DNA of 63,949 nt, the filler included, from Mitosporidium daphniae (lineage: Eukaryota), in the NCBI RefSeq assembly GCF_000760515.2. It is 8 parts of 8 records of this genome, joined end to end, with 100 filler letters (N's around TTAATTAATTAA, not from the genome) between each part and the next. Parts side by side here need not be neighbours in the genome. Positions count along the whole stretch, not along the records: positions 49,263 to 57,027 come from NW_013546655.1; positions 57,128 to 63,949 come from NW_013546642.1; 6 more parts are not named here. One strand, 5' to 3'. Shown piece by piece: positions 56,826 through 63,949 of the stretch (positions are counted from its first letter, which is position 1; each line of letters opens with the position of its first letter). The notes beneath the pieces are model-generated. The model was not told the origin of the DNA. It made no database searches and worked only from the letters and a program-made list of their open reading frames with translations. The translations under genes and the position numbers were made by a program.

Positions 56826-57127
56826 TTTTGGAAAAAAGCTGATCCTGATGGATGTTTGATTGATTGATTTGAATTTCAAATTTTATTCTCATGTTGCAAC
56901 ACAAACATGTTGCCAGGAAAAGGGCGCTCGCATTTCCACACGAAAATACTGGCATTGAGAATATGGATTCTGCGATAACTCTGATAAGATATATTAAAGA
57001 AAATGCTTGGGAATCCTTTTTGGAGTANNNNNNNNNNNNNNNNNNNNNNNNNNNNNNNNNNNNNNNNNNNNTTAATTAATTAANNNNNNNNNNNNNNNNN
57101 NNNNNNNNNNNNNNNNNNNNNNNNNNN

Positions 57128-57419
57128 TAAACGCATTGACCCAATTTCTTATATTTTGCCGGTGCTCAATTCGGGACCTGGATTTGTTGAAGAGAACCTA
57201 ACTACCGATCTACATCGCGAAGTCAAGAGCGAAATTCAATCTTTTATTTGCAATGATAACGATGAAAAGGGAAATTCGCCCCGAAAAATATTGGGAAGAA
57301 TTGAGGCAAATGCGTTTAAAACGTCCGTGAAAGGGACCGGGAAATATTGGGTTAGAAAAGAAAATACAGCACTATACAAAACCCATGCAGATAAATCCCT
57401 ATCCTTTAAGGAGCGATAG
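57128..57419 (+). CDS. 3' fragment of an unidentified protein
   Basis: ORF emerging from the gap; overlaps the convergent acyltransferase by 21 nt. Confidence 0.35.
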
Positions 57420-58507
57420 GCCAAAAGAAAGGAGCTTTAAAAAGCCATAAATATAGTAGCATACAAGCATAAGAAAAAGGAAAATATAAATAACTTTGTA
57501 TTTGGGGCCAAGTAAGGGCCCCTGGTAGGAATATTTAGCATCTTCAAGATAGACCTTGTTGTTTGAAAGCATTAGCTCCTTTCTTTCAAAGCGGGAATAA
57601 AGCCAAGTCGTAAATGTCACGATGTTTTCGAAGGGAATCTCTGTGCGGGGGATCCATTGGACATCTATGTAGATATCTGTTGGCCAGATCCCTTTTAATA
57701 CCAGGTTGGTTAGAGAAAAAAAGTTCTCCAGGAACAGCCTGGACCCATCTGGATTAATCGAATTGATTGATAATTGCTCTCTTTTACCGTTGCCATCGCG
57801 ATAGAAATAGCTGATGGTTACATCTAAGATACCAGTGAAAGAATCGCCCAAGTATTGAATGACGTGAAATAGCCCTGTAGACTTTGGCAAAAGAACCTTT
57901 TCAAATTTGGTGTTCAACGTTGTATTTTGCGAAATATACTTATGGCTACGGTCTAACATTTCCTGACATAAGAATGTGCCTTCCGGAAACAGCATTATCG
58001 TCAGGGGGCTTACTGTTTTTGTAATTTTCGAAAGCTTTTTCTTCAAATGTAGACCATCTACAGCCCATGAGCGTGTAAGAAAAATAAAGTCGACCATGTC
58101 CATTGCCTATAAAATGAAACACAAAATATTACCGGGCCAACAAAAGGCAACTTGTACAATGAAGATTTCAATACAATCGACATACCGCTTGAAGGATGTA
58201 TCACATGCTTCAAATACCAAGAGTAAAACCAGTCCATCGGAACCTGATGGTTTGAAATGTAGATGTTAATTCCACTTGATTCGATTGTCGGTATGTTGTA
58301 AGAAATAGACAGGTTGCTTGGCATAAGGACAGAGGCCATCGATAAGATGCAGTCAAACCAGAACTTTTTTAAAAGCTGACAGTATTTCGAGTAAAAAAAA
58401 TAAGCAAATGGGGAAAAGATTAGCAAACAAAGCGAGATGCCGATGGTAAAAATCGAGATGCAGATCAGCGAACAAATTCCAATTAAACTTTTGAGCGGTG
58501 TGAACAT
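57399..58507 (-). CDS. PlsC-family lysophospholipid acyltransferase (LCLAT1/CST26-like)
   Basis: NHQVPMDW, LKSSLYKLP, FIFLTRSW, FPEGT, LLPKSTG; one short intron near 58107-58132. Confidence 0.88.
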
Positions 58508-58645
58508 CGAAAAGAATCCCAATGATATCACCCAATTTGTGTTGGGATTTAAAATTTTAATCAAAGTAAAATTTGGGCTTATAATTGGTTTCAAAAAAAC
58601 TGCCCAACAACCAAATTTTAGTTCTTTAAACATTTTTTGTACAGC

Positions 58646-61335
58646 ATGCACCGTCCTCCACAAAAATTCGGCACAAATCACAATCGCCTACATGCTTCTG
58701 GTGATTTTTCCAAGACTTCACCCAACTCTTCTGTTTCAACAGAATCAAACTCTATTTGTTCACCCAAAGAATCAGACTCTATTTGTTCACCCAACGAATC
58801 AGACTCTATTTGTTCTCTGTCGACAATTGAGCTCGAATCGATTTCGTGTCCTTCATCTCCTCCCGTTTCTGCAATTAAAAAAGCTTTGGAAGCCGGGACG
58901 CTTACTGCGGCCTGCCCAAACCTTGTGCTGAAAAAGGACAAAAGAATCCCACTTTCTCCTCAGCTTATTTCACAATTCCAAACCGTAGAAACCACCCCAT
59001 CTGCGAGTAAAGCGTGCGGCCAAGCTTTCTCATCCATTGAAAAATTGACAGAATCTTCTTTGGTGAAAAGTGCCGACATAGCCGATAACACGAAGTCATC
59101 CCCAAATAATACACTGGGCTTCAATTCGATCCAAAATGACGGTTCAATCGATAAAATTGGCTATGAAACCCCGGAAAATCAATCTGATACTCAAATTTCG
59201 ATCCCGAAAGCCCTGTCTCAAGTCTCTCTCAATACGTACGAGTAATTTATTAATTTTAGGCAAATTTTGAATTATTACACGGCTATTGAACACGTTCCCG
59301 AGACTAAAAGAATTGAAGCTGAACCCCCCTCAAATCTATCTGATGAGGACATAATAAATTCCACAGAACCAATTGAGGCTCATTTTATCGACCATCATAA
59401 TTCGGCTTGCGAAAGTTTGTCGTTTTCCGACTATGAAGCTAATCTTGATGAAGATTCGGAAAATAGTACAGAAGATCATCCCGATCTCGGGAATGCTCAC
59501 GATATTGAAAAAATCTCCCAGACCGACAAAGATCTCCTCAATCCTTTCTCTTCGGCAGGCGAGAACTACTCTCAGCATATCTGTTCGTCTCAATCGCTGA
59601 CGGAAGAGTCTACTGAGGAGCTGTCTGTTGACACATCTGAAATTAGCTCTTCAGATTCTTTACTTTCATCTGAAAGTGGCGATGAGAAAAAGCAGGACGA
59701 GCTTTCAGAGATACTTTACGAGCATCCCCCAATCGAAACGACATCCCAGAATTCCCCGCAGGCTTTAGGGATCGATGAAAGCTCGGAAAATTATTGTAAT
59801 TTTATGAACAGCTTTAAAAACATTCCTATGCTCTCGATCGAATTGAAAGAAGACATTGAAAAGTTTTCCATCGAAGGATACGCATCTCAATATTTTGCTG
59901 TTCGCTCCAAAGCACTGAACTTTTTTTCTGCCAAAAAAGTGATTCCCTTGAATACGCTGATGTCATGGTCAAAGGCTCCCCTTACCCATCCATTAACAGA
60001 ACTTGCCAAAAAGTTTCATAAGGATGCTCTTCGTGCCTTTAAAGATGTTCAGCGTATCATGGGAGAGAGGTCTGGCGCAAGTTCGTTCGGCCAAACATGT
60101 GCGCCTGTCAGTGAGGTGCAAAATCTGATCACACTTGCAATCAATAATGGCGAGTTGAGAGATGAATTGCTTTGTCAGGTTATAAAGCAAACCACGATGA
60201 ATCCAAACCTGTAATTGGTAACTTTTCTTACAGTTTTAGCGTCAATACTCGGAGAGGTTGGTCGTTACTTGGGGCTCTTTGCGCTACCATCCCACCTTCC
60301 AAAAATCTTCAGTCCTATTTGGTTGGCTTTTTGATGAAATCAATTCTCGAATCCAAAGCAAAGGTCGCCGAGTTGCAGGTCTTTTTGGCAAGCAGCACTC
60401 CGTTAGAGAGCTCTTCCAAAAAGAGCAAAAATGTCCAACAAGAAGAGCTGATACACAGAACGGCCATATATCGCGCCTCAAAATTCGCTTTGAAGGGTAT
60501 CCGCCGGACCTGCATGCCAGGCGTTTCTCCCCGTCTGAGGATTCCGCTTGCCGAAGAGATTGAACACCTCATGAATATGTCGCTCTATGACTCTCCATTT
60601 GGAGAATCCCTTGAGCAAAAAGACGTCGAGGTGAAAGGCCCAGATAGCCCGACAACGAACGAACAGCCTGCCTGTATTCCAAAAATTGCCATGTACTTAA
60701 CGGAAGCAATTATATCCCTTGGCGGTCTTTCTACACCCGGAATCTTCAGAATAGCCGGAAATAATGAGCAATTGTCTATTTTGCGAAGATCGCTAGAAAA
60801 GGGCGAATTCCGTACCCTGTATTCAGATGCTCAAAGTCCAAAAACCCAAAAGGCTAAATCCTCATCTCCGAAAAGGAAGAGTAATTCCTCTTTATGTGAT
60901 TCTGGAACACCACTTCCTGTAAATGATGTACATGTTCCGGCAACCTTGTTGAAAACCTGGCTTAGAGAGCTTGAGGTATCCCTTGTTCCCGAGCATTTTT
61001 ATGATGCAGCTCTCAAGGCGGCCAACATTTCATCCCAATCTGAAAAGATAGCTGCTATAAAAAAAATCGTATCTGCTCTTCCACCATGTCACAAGTCGAC
61101 ACTGGAGTTTTTAACTTTGTTTTTTCGCATCATTGCTGGGGAAGACCAAGGGCCCAATGAGACCAAAATGAATGTTACCAATTTGGCCATCGTTTTTGGG
61201 CCAACCATTCTTAGGGCCCCTGCCTCTGTTAGTAGCGATTCTGCAATGGATATTGCCAAAGCCTTCAATAATGCAAAGCTTGAGCAGCTATTTTTGACCA
61301 CCATTCTGTCCAACCCGACCGCTATATTTTCATGA
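58646..61335 (+). CDS. MyTH4 + RhoGAP protein (ARHGAP39-like)
   Basis: KFSIEGYASQYF, ELRDELLCQVIKQTT.NP, RGWSLL...PPSKNL (MyTH4); GIFRIAG, PATLLKTWLREL, KMNVTNLAIVFGPTILR (GAP); 27-bp repeats at 58742-58816. Confidence 0.88.
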
Positions 61336-61626
61336 ACATTTGAAGGCGGAATGCAGCATCGCATTTGTGAGTAACTTTTAATAAATATCGTCGCCGACAA
61401 AACCCTAACCCTAGCCGATTGCATCAGTAAACGCTGTACAAGATGCTGCCTCTTTGTCAAATCGTGATTTTAGGGTTAGAAGAGGGGACCTTAATAGCCC
61501 AGCTTACTTATAAATGGACATTGAGAGCAATACACCAGGACACCGATTTCAAATTACGAAACCTCGCGCATGCCAAATTTGGATAAAAATGTACGAGCGA
61601 ATTTTTTTGGCAACCGAAAATTTTGC

Positions 61627-62815
61627 ATGGCCGTCGATGATAAGCCGACTGTGCTAAACATTTCCCAACACGCCTCTTTTATCGATAGCTATTTTGATGA
61701 TTCAAACGACTTTTTGAGGGTTGTAGAAAAAATTTCCATGTCCCACATAAGGATGAATGTGCTCTATTGGGCCACTGGGACGCTCTCGTTAATTGCTCGC
61801 GACAAGCTCGCCGCTCGGAAAAATGATGTCTACTCGTACGTTGTTTCGTGTTGGCAGCCTGAAATAGGTACTAATGCACGGACATAAGTGACTTAGGTGG
61901 GTTTTCTCATGTTCCAAATGGCGAGGTTTCTTTGTTAGCCACCCTGTCAGCTATACTTGTCTCTATCATTATTGAACGCTTTGAGGGCATCTTTTCTGAT
62001 CAAATTAGCAAGGCTTCCGTGAAAAAATGTATGCCCCATTTTGTATTCACCGCGTGATAGATGTTTTTTCCTTGCAAGAAGAGGACGGATCTTGGGTTGG
62101 GGACTGTTTTGGCGAAAGGGATACCAGATTTACTTATGCTGCATTTTCCATCCTATCTCTATTGGGCTATGATTGCGTGAATGACACAGAACGGCTCAAA
62201 TTATCTGTTTCGTTCGTCGAAAAGTGCCGAAATAATGACATTGACGGTGGCTTTGGAGCTGTCCCAAATGCCGAATCCCATTCGGGGCAAGGTATGCATT
62301 TCCACCGCTGATTGCGCGCTTTAAAATAGTCTTTTGCTGCATTTCTAGCCTTTCCATTGCGCATCGATATTTTGGGATTTCCCAACCAAGAGATGATTTA
62401 TTGCTTAGACAATGGCTCGCCTTTCGGCAAGACGTCAAAACGGGAGGTTTTAATGGGCGGCCGCAAAAGCTAGTTGATGTAAACAGCAAGACAAGCGACT
62501 TTTTCTAGGTATGTTACTCGTGGTGGGTTATTTCTTCGTTGGCTCAGCTAAATTCGCTTCAATGGATAGACAAGGCGGCATGCATATCTTTCATCATGTC
62601 TTGTCAGGTACACATATACCGAGTAATCTCAGGATTTGGACAAAGGAGGATTTGCAGATAGACCAGAGGATGCACCTGACGTTTACCACACCTTTTTTGC
62701 TATTTGTGGGCTATCCCTTTTGGGCGATTCATCGATAAGGTGCAAAATAAACCCCGTATATTGTCTTCCTGACGATCTCCTCCAACGGCACTTTTTGCAC
62801 CTTAAAAGCCAATAA
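61627..62815 (+). CDS. BET2: Rab geranylgeranyltransferase beta subunit
   Basis: HIRMNVLYW, GDCFGERDTRF, GGFGAVPNAESHSGQ, NGRPQKLVDVCYSWWV, GGFADRP..PDVYHT, INPVYCLP. Confidence 0.92.
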
Positions 62816-62896
62816 AACGAAGGGAAATCAAAAAATTTGGAGCAAACCCGATTTTTTTCAAAAAGATCCATCCCTAACAAGTTCCGCCTTGTTCCC

Positions 62897-63949
62897 TTAC
62901 AGATTAAAGGCCGATAAGAGAGCTTGCCACGAAGTTGCATGTAAAACAAGACACCCGATTTGATAGCGTTCAATGGGCTTAGGAAGCATATGTAAAACCG
63001 TGTATTTGATGTGAGTAAATGACATCGGCGTGTATGTTCTTGCTAGTGGGATAAACATCTTGCAAATGTCAAAAACATCCACCAGCTCAGAAGGCGTTTT
63101 AGAAAAAGGCAAAAAAATTGAGGGATTGCTTTGAGCTCCTCTTGCTATCAGCAGGCCCTTCAATGCCGGATATTTGTTGTATTTCTCCCAAAAGGCTTGG
63201 ATTTCACAAGGCGACAAAAAGTCTCCATTAGCAACCAGATGCAATTTAGCTGATTCAAGGAGATGATCCCAAACATCCCAAAAGGCAGGTGTTTTTTCTG
63301 TCCTATCTGAAATCCTTCTGGAATGCACAATCACATAGTCCAGGTTTGGACACCTAGTAGCCAAAAAAGAAAAGAGTTTGGAAGAACTTTCGGCTACATC
63401 TTTAAGTTCTTCCAAGCTGATTTTCTCCTTTTTTGAAGGGTGCACATCATGTGCAACCTGGGCATCGTGATCGCCATTGCAGCAAGAAGATGTAACCAGG
63501 CGGAGTTTTACTGAAAGAGGCACCTTTTTCTCTGGATCTGCAATACATTCCTCGCCAAGCGCATTTAAAATCGAAGCAAGAAGATCCGGTTTTCGCAACA
63601 AAGCAGCCCCCATGCCGGCTTGGATTGAAAAAAACTTTGGACACCCGGCGTTCAAATTGATTTCGGAAATGTATTCCTTGACAACTTTGAAAGCCTTCAC
63701 GGCGAGCTGAGGATCCGAACTGCCTAGTTGGAAAACAAGGAAATCCTTTTCCGAAGGATGCGTAGACCATATCAAAGTATTGCGGTCGGGAGAGACAAAC
63801 GAAATTACTCCGGTCTCTGGATCAACCATTTTCACGCTGGAAATTATGGCTTTATCTATCAGTTCGGGAGTGAATACTTTTTTTGCGCCATATTTAAGCG
63901 CCAATAGCCGAAATGGAAGCGTAGATACCCTTACCATTGGGGCAAGAAA
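62897..63949 (-). CDS. DUS2: tRNA-dihydrouridine synthase DUS2-like (5' end at window edge)
   Basis: LAPMVRVSTLPFRLLALKYGA, FQLGS, NAGCPKFFSIQAGMGAALL, VHSR, ANGD, IARGAQSNPSIF. Confidence 0.92.
   Translation of the reverse strand, partial: FLAPMVRVSTLPFRLLALKYGAKKVFTPELIDKAIISSVKMVDPETGVISFVSPDRNTLIWSTHPSEKDFLVFQLGSSDPQLAVKAFKVVKEYISEINLNAGCPKFFSIQAGMGAALLRKPDLLASILNALGEECIADPEKKVPLSVKLRLVTSSCCNGDHDAQVAHDVHPSKKEKISLEELKDVAESSSKLFSFLATRCPNLDYVIVHSRRISDRTEKTPAFWDVWDHLLESAKLHLVANGDFLSPCEIQAFWEKYNKYPALKGLLIARGAQSNPSIFLPFSKTPSELVDVFDICKMFIPLARTYTPMSFTHIKYTVLHMLPKPIERYQIGCLVLHATSWQALLSAFNL

Overview
Gene-dense eukaryotic DNA with many tiny spliceosomal introns (about 24-38 nt) and very short intergenic spacers. 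The gene set is fungal-related and keeps mitochondrial functions (SUV3, a carnitine carrier, COX9-like, MRPL31), plus DAD1, a group III G-alpha, ALG7, FBP1 and BNA1. This fits a reduced Rozellomycota/early-branching microsporidian parasite of Mitosporidium grade (inference). The window is not one locus: seven 100-nt N/TTAATTAATTAA linkers join contigs of decreasing length, so synteny across the gaps means nothing. About 40 genes are present, several missed or fragmented by the ORF track (RPL41, UBC9, MRPL31, DAD1, BNA1, LUC7-like). Main oddities: (1) a tail-to-tail pair of secreted-protein genes with near-identical inverted 5' and 3' arms around unrelated variable cassettes; (2) a UBC9 gene with no ATG that appears to start at CTG; (3) an H2A gene with an AACCCT-box-like element, E2F-like sites and a 3' hairpin resembling the histone stem-loop; (4) telomere-type boxes in intergenic DNA, including a palindrome between RPL41 and MRPL31; (5) a remodelled LUC7 alongside degenerate splice donors.
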